A DNA stretch of 64,000 nucleotides from Rebecca billardiae RCC1528 (taxonomy: Eukaryota > Protista > Haptophyta): assembly GCA_965240325.2 (NCBI GenBank), contig OZ251230.1:186001-250000 (forward strand). Direction: 5' to 3'. Shown here piece by piece: positions 46,490 through 57,228 of this stretch. Numbering within the stretch: the first letter of the stretch is position 1; every line of letters begins with the position of its first letter. The position numbers were made by a program, and so were the translations under genes. The notes beneath the pieces were generated by a model. That model made no database searches, was not told the DNA's origin, and saw only the letters and a list, made by a program, of their open reading frames with translations.

Positions 46490-49400
46490 TCCGCCGACGT
46501 GCCCAACGCGCTGGAGCGGATGCGGCAGGTGCTCGTGTCCAACCCGCACTCGCCCGTCGCGGAGTACCTGGTGGAGACGATGCTGCTCGTGCTGCGCCAG
46601 GTCCTCTCCAAGTCCTCCTTCGACTCCCTCTTCTCCGCGGCGCTGCTGCCGGCCACGCCGTTTGCGCTGCTGGGCGAGGACTGCGCGCTCGGCGCGCTGT
46701 GGCACACGCTCGAGGCGGTGTCGCGCGAGCCGCTGCCGGGGGCGGAGGCGCTCGAGCCGGCGGCGGCGCGGCCGGACCTGCTGCACGAGTCGGCCGCGTA
46801 CTACGTCGCCTCCTCCGCCTTCCAGGCGCACCTGCTCATGTCGCAGGCGCTGCTGGAGGCGAGCGCGGCCGCGGCCGAGCAGCCGCGCGGCGCGCTGCGC
46901 TCGCTGCAGCAGAGTTCGCCCGCGCTGCTCGCGCGGCTCTCCGCGCTGCTCGGCGCGGCGTGCGAGCTGTTCAACCCGCACTTCGTGCGCTGCGTCCTCG
47001 GGCTGCGCGCGGACGGCAGCATCCCCACCACCTCCGCCGCCGCCGCGCCGCGCGTGTGCGTCGAGGAGCTGTTCGCGTGCGGCGTGGCCGCGCACTGGGC
47101 GGGCTCGGTGCTGTGCGACTGCGTGTGCAGGCACCTGTTCGGCCCGCCGTTCTGGCGCAAGCGCGCGCTGTTCAACGCCGGCTCGTTCGCCAAGGCGTGC
47201 GCGCGCGCCGCGGCGCTCGAGGGCCCCGCGCCCGGCGCCGCGTGGCCGGCCGACTACCTCGGCGTCGACAGCACGCTGCTGCGCACGGGTGCGTGGGGCG
47301 CGCACGCGCTCTACACGCGCCGCCAGCCGGCCGCGCTCGGAGAGGAGGGCGGCGGCGGCAGCCCGGACTCGGACGACGAGTACGACGACGGCGAGGGCGC
47401 GCCGCGCGACGTCTGCCCGCTCCACGGCGCGCCGAGCCGCGCGCCGCCCAAGCACGGCTCGCGCTCCAAGGAGCTCACCACGGTGGTCGCGCTGATCGAC
47501 CTGGTCGTGGCGCAGGCGTTTTGGCGCGTGTCCGCCTTCCAGAGCGGCGGCTGGCACGAGGCGCCGTGGCGGGACAACGTGCTGCCCGAGCGCTTCGTCG
47601 AGATGACGGTGGAGGCCATGTACAACGCGAACGAGCAGAGCCTGTGCGGCACGCTCACCATCCTCGACGTGCGCCGCGCGGGCAACCGCGCCGCGTACCG
47701 ACACCTGCGCTCTGTGCTGCTGCTCCCGGCACCGGCCGCGCCCGCTCAGCCCGGCGGCGCCGCGGCCGACGCGCTCGCGCTGCCGCCGCACGCCGTGCCG
47801 CACGCGGCGCAGGCGGCGGCCGCGTGCGCGGGCGGCGCGGCGTTCGACGAGCTGAGCCTGTGGTGGCAGCGCCTCGCGCCCTCGCAGCGCGTCGGCGCCC
47901 TCTCCGTGCCCGTCGGCCAGCTGGGCGCGGAGGTGGCGCGCGCGGGCGCGTGGGGCGTCGTCGCCGACTCTGCGCGCTCGTGCGGGCTGCTGCGCGCCGC
48001 CGCGCCCGCGGACGCGCGCGACGTGCACGGCGGCGCGGTGGGCGCGTGGAGCGAGGCGCGCGCGCACGTGCACGCCGCGGGCGCGCACCTCGTGCTCGGC
48101 CCCAAGCTCGCGCGCGCCGCCTCCGAGGCCATCGCACAGATGCGCGCGGCGCACGAGCGTGTCACGCGGGGCGGCCTGCGGTGCGCGCGCCGCGGCGTGT
48201 GCTGCGCGCTCAGCCCGCGGCAGGTGCTCGACCTGGGCGGCAAGGACACGCAGCTGTGGCTCGAGCAGCTCGCGCTCGCGCTGATGTTCGAGTCCGTCGC
48301 CGCGTGCTTCCTCAAGGAGCGCGACGCGGACGTGGCGCGCTCCCGCGCGCACGAGGCCGCGCGCGACCTCTTGGAGGCGGAGGAGAAAGAGGCGGCCGCG
48401 GCCGCACTCAAGGGCGCACTGGTGGGCAGGAAGGTGCGCAAGGCGAAGGGCGGCGCGAGCAAGGGCGGCGCGGCGCAGAAGCCGACGCCGGAGCCGGAGC
48501 TGCACCAGCCCGCCGCGGCCGCGCCGCCCGCCACGCCGCAGGCCGAGCCGCCCGCCCCGCCCGCGCCGCCCGCCGAGCGCGTGGCTGCCCGCGCCGCCGC
48601 CGCGGGCAAGCCCGCGCCGCAGCCGCAGCAGCGCGCGGCGCGCGCCGCGTCGTCGGCCGAGTCGGCCGATGGCGGCGCGGCCGCCGCCGCCGCGGCCGCC
48701 GCGGCCGAGCTGCTGCAGGACGCGGAGCGGCAGGAGCGCGCGGACGCGGCGCTCCGGCGCAAGCACGAGGCGAGGGAGGCGCGGCGCGCGGCGCAGCAGC
48801 TCGCGAGCCAGCGGCCGGGCGAGCGCTCGGGCTCCGAGCCGGACTCGGACGAGTCCGGGAGCTCGGAGGGGGGCGTGTCGGACGGCGGCGAGGACGCGCT
48901 GCTGGCGCTCGCGACCAACCGGCAGCGCATGCAGAAGGCGGTGGCCGCGGCGGAGGCGGCGGCGACGGGCTTCGCGCTGCCGGAGCCCTCGCGCGCGCGC
49001 GGTGCGGCCGCCGCCGCCGCCGCCGCCGCCGACGCGCCGCGCCGCAAGGCGCCCAGCGCGGCCGACGGCGGCGGCGCGGCGGCGGCGGCGGCGCGCGCGC
49101 GCGCGGCGATGCCCTCGGCGCAGCGGCGGCACGAGCAGGGCCCGACGGCGAGCGTGGGCGACTGGTACTGCGCCCAGTGCCACAACATCAACTTCCGCTG
49201 GCGGCCGCGCTGCAACGACCAGCGGTGCGGCCGGCAGCGCACCGCGGAGGCGGTGGTGGTCGCTGCGGTGCAGGACGGTCTCGTCTCGCTCGTCGACGTG
49301 GGCGGCAGCGCGAACGAGCTCAAGGCGAAGACGCTCGCGGAGGCGCTCGGGCTGAGCTGGGAGTCGGCGTTCACCGCACTCGTGCGGCAGCAGGGCGACG

Positions 49401-51377
49401 AGGCCGCCGCGATGGCGGAGCTGCTGTCGGGCGGCGGCGGCGCGCCGGGCGCGGCCAGCAGCGCGCCGCCACCCAGGCCGCGCGCGCCGCCGGGCGCGGA
49501 CGCGCCGCCGCGCGCGCCGCCGCCGCCGCCGCCGCCGCCGCCCGCCGCGGCGCGCTCGGGCGCGGACGACGTGGCCGTGCGCCAGCTGCAGTCCATGACG
49601 GCGCGCTCCCGGCGCGCGTGCGTCCTCGCCCTCGAGGCGCACAGCGGCGATGCGGAGGCCGCCGCGCTGTGGCTGCTCACCCAGCCCGAGGGCGCGGCCG
49701 ACGAGGAGGCGGCGGCGGAGGAGGCGGCGGAGGCGGCGGCGGCGGCTGCCTCGAGCGCGCAGCACGCGCACGCGCACGCGCCGCACGTGGGAGAGGCCGC
49801 GCCGCGCGGCCCGGCGCGCGGCTCCGCGGACGCGCCGCCGCCGCCGCCGCCGCGCGCCCCGCCGCCGCGCGCCGCCGCCGGCCGCGTGCCCGAGCGGTGG
49901 AACGTGTCCGAGCTGGCGCGCGTCGAGGCGGGGGTGGCGCACTTCCTGCGGCACACGCCCGGCCACCGCTACCCGCTCGGGCGCGTGCTGCAGCGCGTGC
50001 GCTCGATGGCGGGGTACACGCAGATCGACCTGACGCGGATCGTGCCGCCCGGCCAGCCCAAGCCCAAGCTGCGCGAGCTGCTGCTGGCCAGGCCGGCACT
50101 CTCGGGGCTGGTGCTCGAGCCGGACCCGCACGCCTTGCACGCCGGAGAGATGATCGTGAGGCTGCGCTCGCCGCCCCCGACCGGGGTTGGGGGCGGCGGC
50201 GGCGCGGGCGTGGCGCAGGGGGCGGCCGCGACGCCGCAGCACAACCTCGCGACGCAGCCGGCGCCACCGCCGGCGCAGCAGCACCGCCACGCGGCGCCGC
50301 CGCCGCCACCGCCGCCCGCCGCGCAGCTCGCGCCGCCGCCGCCGCCGCCGCGCCCCCCGCACGGCGCGCCGCCCGTGCCGCCGCCGCCGCCGCCGCCGCC
50401 CGACGCGCTCGCGCCGCCGCCGCCGCCGCCGCTGCCAGACCCGCACGGCGAGCCGCCGCCGCCGCCGCCGCTCCCGCCGCCGTTCGGCGTGATGGGCGGA
50501 GCGGCCGGCAGCGCCGCCGCCGCGCCCGACGAGGGCTGGGGCGAGGAGGGGCAGGCCGGGCTGGACGGGAGCGACGGCGGGGGCGCGGACGAGGGCGTGC
50601 CGGAGTGGCTGGATGCAGACGCGGCGCCGCTGCGCGCGCTGCCCGCGCGCACGCTGCCGCGCGCGGACGGCTTGGCGCTGCCTCAGCCCGCGCGCGGCGC
50701 GCGCGCGGCCGCGCCGTTCGGCGGCGCCGCCGCCTCGAACGCGTGGCCCGTGGGCGCCGCGTCCGCCGCCACCGCCGGCGGCTCGGCCGCCTCGGCCGCG
50801 TCGTGGTCGCCGCCGCGCCGCCCGAGCGCGGGCGCCGCGCTGCCCGCGCACGCGGACGCGCACTCCGCCGCCGCCTACGCCGCCGCCGCGCGCGCCGGCG
50901 AGCACCACGCGCTGTGGGGCCAGCTGCTGTGGGGCCACGCCTCCGGCGAGGCGAACTCGACGCTGCGCTCGCTCGGCGGCATCGACGTGGGCGAGCTCGA
51001 GCTGCAGCTGCCCGCCATCGACACGTCCGAGGCGGTGTGCGCACTGCGCTCTGCGCGGCCGAGCGCGCGCGCACGCGCCGCCGCGCCGCGCCGCTCGCGC
51101 CGCTGACCCGTGCCCGCGCGCCCCGCCCCCTCGGCGCACCGCCCAGGCGCTGCGCCTGCTGGACGAGGAGCTCGACTCGACGTGCGCCATCTGCTTCGAG
51201 CGGCCGCAGGACACGCGGCTCGAGCCGTGCGGCCACGCGAGCTTCTGCAAGGCGTGCGTGTACGGGCTCACCATCTGCCCGCTGTGCCGGGAGCCGATCG
51301 GCCGCGTGGTCGAGAGCTCCAGCGACCAGGCTGTGGCAGCCGCGTCCGCATCGTCGGCGTCGTCGCGCAAGAAGTGA
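43286..51377 (+). CDS. Giant RING E3 ligase-like protein with RanBP2 zinc finger, two UBA-like domains, possible LOTUS/OST-HTH and polyproline tracts (intron about 51035-51146)
   Basis: N-terminal KKKKKR; GDWYCAQCHNINFRWRPRCNDQRC (49157-49228); AL...GD.EAA..WLL; C-terminal CAICFERPQDTRLEPCGHASFCKACVYGLTICPLCR. Confidence 0.8.
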
Positions 51378-51650
51378 CGATACGCCAGGATGATGCGTCG
51401 CACGACGACTGCCACTCGGCCAGTCTGCTGAGCGAGTCGGAGGCGCCATGCCGCCAACTACGACTCCGAGAGCGTCGGCGAATGATCATCAGCAATCGCG
51501 CGTCCGCGGCGCGCTGCCTCCGCTCCTCCGCCTCCGGCCCTCCGGCGGCGGGCTCCCGCGCAACTTCGATTCCGGTCGTGACGATATATCATATCACAAT
51601 TCTGCTGACACTGATAGCAGATGAGTGACATGTCGTAGTTACATACTCGC

Positions 51651-51790
51651 TATTATAATATATATATATATTATAATATATATATAATATAATTTATATA
51701 TATATATATTAATTCTACTACTTGATGCGATCACGACTCACGTAATAAGTAATTATCGTACTATAATAAAATTATAATTAACTCATCGTC
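51651..51790. repeat. AT-rich / (TA)n island
   Basis: Near-pure A/T tract in otherwise very GC-rich DNA, between convergent genes. Confidence 0.85.
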
Positions 51791-52147
51791 GTCCGAATAA
51801 GACGCGCGCCGTGCATGCTGCACGCGCGCGTAACGTAGTAGTACGACGATTAATTACTACATGCATAATGCGTATATCGCGTATCATGTAGTAGTCGTCA
51901 TCCTACATCCGCCCCATATCGACATCGTCCGACGGAGGGGCCACCAATACTATGCTGGCGGCTGGCGCCCGGCCCTGACCCGCTCACGGTCGGCCCGGTG
52001 GTGGTGCGTAGTGCGCCAAGCGCGTGGCGCGAGCTTCTCTGGTAGGCAGGCCGCTCGCACGCGTTGGCCCGCCCCGCGCGCCCGCGGGTAGTACACACGT
52101 GCAGGCCTGACAGTGACAATAACCATCGCGCCCAGAATAGATGAAGA

Positions 52148-52552
52148 TCAAGCATGCGGTCGGCGCATCGGCGGGAGCTGCTCGAGGGTGAGAGGCGTGC
52201 ACTGCTCCGGGGTCCAGACCGACGGGTGGAACCAATCGTCGTGCCGTGTGTAGCCATCAAAGTACGTCTTCGCCGCCGCTGCCTCGCTCTCCTGTCCGCA
52301 CCCTGGCCGGCCACACCTCACCTTCCTGCTCGGTGACGCGAGCGCATGCTCAAAGAGGCACACGTTGTGCGCGACGTGCGCGTCGTCACACGCGAGCATT
52401 GCCCACGACTCGGTGCCGATCTGTTGACCACAGAGGACGCAGGCCTCGGTGGAAGCTGCGGCGGCCGCGGCCGAGGCCGCGTCGGATGTCTCCGCCGTCG
52501 ATGGCGCTGGCCCTGACGCAGGCTGCTCCATAGCTGAGGCAGGCTCGCACAT
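52148..52552 (-). CDS. Small RING-H2-like zinc-finger protein
   Basis: CVLC-x13-CDDAHVAHNVC-x14-CGRPGC; alternative start at 52531. Confidence 0.65.
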   Translation of the reverse strand: MCEPASAMEQPASGPAPSTAETSDAASAAAAAASTEACVLCGQQIGTESWAMLACDDAHVAHNVCLFEHALASPSRKVRCGRPGCGQESEAAAAKTYFDGYTRHDDWFHPSVWTPEQCTPLTLEQLPPMRRPHA

Positions 52553-52617
52553 TATCCGGTGGGTCGCGGTCCGGCGCGAGGACCACGAGTTGTAGAGTGG
52601 GCATCGCGAAATTCGCG

Positions 52618-53748
52618 ATGCCGTCCATCACCATCGTCGAGGCCGAGAGGCACGTGGACGCGCGCGCACAAGCCGCGTCGTCGCTCGACGAGGCGCTCGG
52701 CTGGATGCGCACGCGAGCCGCTCAGGGCAAATTCGCCTCGAAGGACCGCGTCGACCTCGGCGTGCTCGCCGCGTCCTTTGGCGCGCAGGTCTCGCAGACC
52801 GAGCTGATCGATGATGCTCTGTTTGCACGGGTGCGCGCCACGTCGGCGGTGGCGGCGCATGTGCTGCTCCCCCCCTCCGCCTCGTCGGACGGCGTGGTCC
52901 TTCTGTACGACGCCAACGGCGCAGCCAAGGGCCTGCCGCCCAACGAGCGAGCCTCGCGCATCACCGCGGCGTGCGGCGCCAAGCGCGAGCTCGTTGGCGA
53001 GTGCGCGCTGTGTCGTGTGCGCGCCGCGCCGTCGTCGGGCATGCTCGAGCTGGGCTCGGACTTTGAGCCGAGCGAGCTGCAGGTACGCGAGTGGTTCGAG
53101 GCTGCGCAGGCTGCGCGCGCCTCCGCCGCTGAGGCCTTCGCAAGCACGGCGCAGGCGCTCTCCTCGCTGCTGACGGCAGCGAACGCGCTGCCGCTGGGCG
53201 GCGCCGCGGCCCAGCCGGCGTCCAAGAGCGGCCCCGCCGAGCACGCCTCGTCGGGGGGCGCAAGCGCGGGTGGGCACGCGCGCGGAGTAGCCGCAGCCGG
53301 TGGCTCGGCAGAGCCTGCGTCCGCAGCCTCTGTCGCTGCTGCCGCCAGCTCGCAGCCGGCTGTGCCCATCGGCGCAGCCCCAGCGGAGAGCGCCGCAGCC
53401 GCTGGCTCTGCAAGCGCACCCGCGCAGCCGAGCGCTGCCGGGCTCGGCACCTTTGAGTGGAAGGACAGCAAGGGCGAGGTGCTCGTGCACGTGCGCGTGC
53501 CCGCGCGCACGCGCGCCGCCGACGTCAAGTGCGCCATCAAGCCCGACTGGCTCTCACTGCGCGTGCTCTCCCTGGGAGAGGGGAGCGGGCCAGTCCTCGA
53601 CTCCAAGCTCTTCCAGCGCGTGAACGCGGACGACTCGTCGTGGTATCTCGAGTCGGCCAAGGACGCAGCCGCGCCCGAGCGCCTGCTCGTCATCACCCTC
53701 GAGAAGGAGAAGGAGATGCGCTGGCTCGATCTCACGCGCAAGGCCTAG
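52618..53748 (+). CDS. CS-domain (NudC/p23-like) co-chaperone protein
   Basis: C-terminal FEWKDSKGEVLVHV..DVKCAIK..LFQRVNADDSSWYL..LVITLEK..W; Ala-rich linker; N-terminal globular domain with LPPNERAS. Confidence 0.82.
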   Translation: MPSITIVEAERHVDARAQAASSLDEALGWMRTRAAQGKFASKDRVDLGVLAASFGAQVSQTELIDDALFARVRATSAVAAHVLLPPSASSDGVVLLYDANGAAKGLPPNERASRITAACGAKRELVGECALCRVRAAPSSGMLELGSDFEPSELQVREWFEAAQAARASAAEAFASTAQALSSLLTAANALPLGGAAAQPASKSGPAEHASSGGASAGGHARGVAAAGGSAEPASAASVAAAASSQPAVPIGAAPAESAAAAGSASAPAQPSAAGLGTFEWKDSKGEVLVHVRVPARTRAADVKCAIKPDWLSLRVLSLGEGSGPVLDSKLFQRVNADDSSWYLESAKDAAAPERLLVITLEKEKEMRWLDLTRKA

Positions 53749-53929
53749 ACGTGCTTAGCAGTGGTTGTACGGAGCCTGCTAACTGCTAAGGAGCCGCGCG
53801 GTGCGGCGACTAGCTACTAAGCTATACTAGAGTCGGTAGTGATCAGTGTCTTCGCTCAGCACGGAGCAGTTGCGCGAGCATCAGGCGGCCGGCGACGGCG
53901 CCATATTAGATGCTGCCGCCGCACGACGA

Positions 53930-54045
<116 letters not shown>

Positions 54046-54412
54046 TCTAATAATAACGGTCACTTAGATATATAGCGGTCGTAGTTGTAACATTCATCAG
54101 CCTGATGGCGGCGCTAGCTGTTGCTGTTGCATCGGGCATCGGCGCCCAGTCGGCGAGTTCGGACGACGACGTTTTGTAGTGGACGACGGTGGGGCGAGGA
54201 CGACGGGCGCTGGCGCGCCGCGAGGCGGCCGCAGCCCTCATCCGCGGGCCTCGCAGGCGGACGGCTGAACGAATTTTCCGGCGGCGCAGCCAGCATCGGC
54301 GACGGTTTCATGGGTCGGTGACAGTTGGCGGGCGTCGATCTCGCCTGCCTGAGCTGTGTGCGTCTCTTATTCTTAGTAAACTCATATAGCTATTGCCGAT
54401 CACGTCGGCTTA

Positions 54413-56359
54413 CCAGGTCGTTCCCCCTGCACTGGGAATCCGCGGTTTGGACATACGAGAAAAACAGCCGCAGGACGCACCCGTCGCTACCCGCGAATAA
54501 GATTTTCAGGTCTCGCGGGTGCGGATGTGCGTCAATCGATGAGCTGGTCTCGCAATCCCAAAATTGAGCCGCAACGAGATAGAAGGCAGGGCGGAGCCCC
54601 CGGTGGCGGCTCGGCAGGCGAGGGCCGACCAAATCTTGACCTTTTGCCCTCGGCGGCAGGCGGGCAGCGGCAAGGCGGCCGAGCGCCGTTGGCGGGGCGC
54701 GCCCGGGGCACGCCGCACGGCGCTGCGGGCGCGGATGTGCTCGCGGAGCCGGCTTGCGTGGACAGGCTGTCGCGGGAGAGTATCTGGCGCCCTCCTGCGC
54801 CGCGCGTCTCGCGCCACGCCTCTTTTCGCCGCGGCTCAGGGCAGCGCGCACGCGCGCGCCGCCTCGAGGCCCGAGCACTGCCGCGCCGCAGCCAACCGCG
54901 CGCGCGCCGTGCGCGGCGTGGTCGGGAAGGAACGGGGGGTGCTGCCGGGCGAGATGACGACATCATGTGCGCACGCCATGCCGCCCCGCGGCGCCGCGAA
55001 AGGGCACGATAACGGATCCGCACAGCTGTTGACGAGTGCTGCTTTCTTGTCGTGCCTGAAGCCAGACCTGAGCTCGAAGAAGATGATGAAAGTGCATCCG
55101 CGCGAGGAAAGCGTCGCACCCAGCACTTCTACATGACCACGCAGTGATGAACATTCATGTAAGAGTTTCCCGCGTGCCCGTCTGGCACTGTTCTGTGTCT
55201 CAATGATCGTCCCGACAAGGCGGTCACGACCGCGAGGCCGCGTGCACACCATTTGTGACAACTCGAAGAGGCGTGCAAACGGACCGGCGACACGCTCGGC
55301 AAGGCGTGGCGGGGCGGCATGGCGTGCGCACATGATATCGCCATCTCGCCCGGCAGCCGCGCCCGTTCCTTCCCGACCACGCCGCGCACGGCGCGCGCGC
55401 GGTCGGCTGCAGCGCAGGCAAGGCTGGCCTTGAGGCGGCGCGCGCGCGTGCGCGCTGCCCTGAGCCGAGGCGAAAGAGGCGTGGCGCAAGTCGCGCGGCG
55501 CAGGAGGGCGGCAGATACTCTCCCGCAACAGCCCGTCCACGCACGCCGGCTCCGCAAGCACATCCGCGCCCGCAGCGCCCTGGCCCGGGCGCGCCCCCCA
55601 GCGGTCACGACCGCGAGGCCGTGGCACACCTGACACCATTTGTGACAACTGGAAGAGGCGTGCAAACGGACCGGCGACACGCTCGGCAAGGCGTGGCGCG
55701 GCGGCATGGCGTGCGCACATGATGTCGCCATCTCGCCCGGCAGCACCCCCCGTTCCTTCCCGACCACGCCGCGCACGGCGCGCGCGCGACCGGCTGCGGC
55801 GCAGGCAAGGCTGGCCTTCGGAGGCGGCGCGCGCGTGTGCGCTGCCCTGAGCCGAGGCGAAAGAGGCGTGGCGCAAGTCGCACGGCGCAGGAGGGCGGCA
55901 GATACTCTCCCGCAACAGCCCGTCCACGCACGCCGGCTCCGCGAGCACATCCGCGCCCGCAGTGCCCTGGCCCGGGCGCGCCCCCCAGCCGGGGCCAGCG
56001 GCATCGCACTCGTGCCCGGCCGCAGCCGCAGGGGGCGGGTCAGAATCGGTGCTCCGCACCCGCGGCGGAGGGCTCCCGCCTCCAGGTTGCACACGAAGAA
56101 CTCATTTCCAGCGCATCGATTTCGTGAGCGGACTATCGCTGACGAGGCTGATTACTGCGTTCCACGGCTTTGCCGCGCTCGGGATTTGGCTTCTCCAATG
56201 GATGGATCTAGTTTCGTCATTTTCAATTGGAAAGCTCGATTAGATCGTTCAAGTGGTCTGATAGACGAAGCGGAAGACTAAATCTGCGTTGCTATGCCGC
56301 GGCCTCGCGCTCTGAATAGGGCGAAACCGCGGATTCCCAGTGCACGGGGAACGACCTGG
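54413..56359. mobile_element. Non-autonomous Tc1/mariner-like element (1947 bp) with internal tandem and inverted repeats
   Basis: 36-bp TIRs (54413-54448, 56324-56359; one mismatch) CCAGGTCGTTCCCC(C/G)TGCACTGGGAATCCGCGGTTT flanked by TA on both sides; no transposase. Confidence 0.9.
55220..55989. repeat. Tandem duplication of a roughly 385-bp unit; a partial third copy lies inverted at about 54720-54990
   Basis: Units begin GCGGTCACGACCGCGAGGCC at about 55220 and 55601; the duplicated peptide is visible in shadow ORFs. Confidence 0.9.
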
Positions 56360-56387
56360 TAACTGAGCCTGAGGCAATAACTCAATA

Positions 56388-56444
56388 GTCGACGCCAGAC
56401 GGTGCGTCGAGCTTCCGCTCGGCGATGGAGTGATGGGCGACTAC
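56388..56444. repeat. Short dispersed repeat, copy 2
   Basis: Matches 18356-18419 apart from a 7-bp indel and two substitutions. Confidence 0.8.
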
Positions 56445-56555
56445 GAGGGGGGGGGACGACGGCGAGGAGCGCTGATCCTGGTGTTTGTCTCTGCTGCTCG
56501 ATCTGCTGCTACAGCTTGCTGACTCTGACGCCTGCCCGTTGCATACCACGTCGTT

Positions 56556-56559
56556 AATA

Positions 56560-56607
<48 letters not shown>

Positions 56608-56612
56608 TAATA
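56556..56612. repeat. (TA)n microsatellite / AT island
   Basis: TA dinucleotide run. Confidence 0.9.
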
Positions 56613-57228
56613 AGTATCGTCGTCGTCGTCATCGTCACTGCAACTGATGATGAGTTAGATCAGCGGCGCGCGGCGCTACACACCAGTGAGCATTCGGTCA
56701 TATCGGCTGCTTATTCAATAATTCATCAGCTCGTCTGTCGTCAGTGTCATCAGCATATCGTCATGATCATCATCAGGCACTTGCCACTTCGTCCGCCGCT
56801 TCTCTCAGCTGGTGTGACGGTGGCCTACAGGTCTAGTTCGTTCAACGTCGGCCACTTGAGTCCGCGCCGCGTGCTAATATATATATTGCCAACGACAACT
56901 ACGACGACAACGGACAAGCGTCTGCGCTCTCATCGTCTCGGCTGCGCGGCGGATATATCGTCATCATCACTCGCAAGCCGCCGGGCGCCGGCTGCAGCCA
57001 CCCCATGCCCGCAGGTGTGATGGCTCATCTCATGCCGTCATGCATGCGTAGTAGCCTCGTAAGGCTCGGTCTCCGCACACTGGACGATCGGTTTGGGCTA
57101 TGAAGGCGAAGAATATGCTGGAAAGAACTTGTGGGCCAAATCGGGAATGTGATGAATGAATGCGCGGCCGGGCCACCGATCAGCAAGAAGCCGCCCCGTG
57201 GCGTCACCGAAACGACGCGGCGTCCTCG

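Noticed and set aside
54165-54181. CACTACAAAA-like terminus on the minus strand (also CACTACAAG at 22198)
   Set aside because: No matching partner TIR or TSD found in the window
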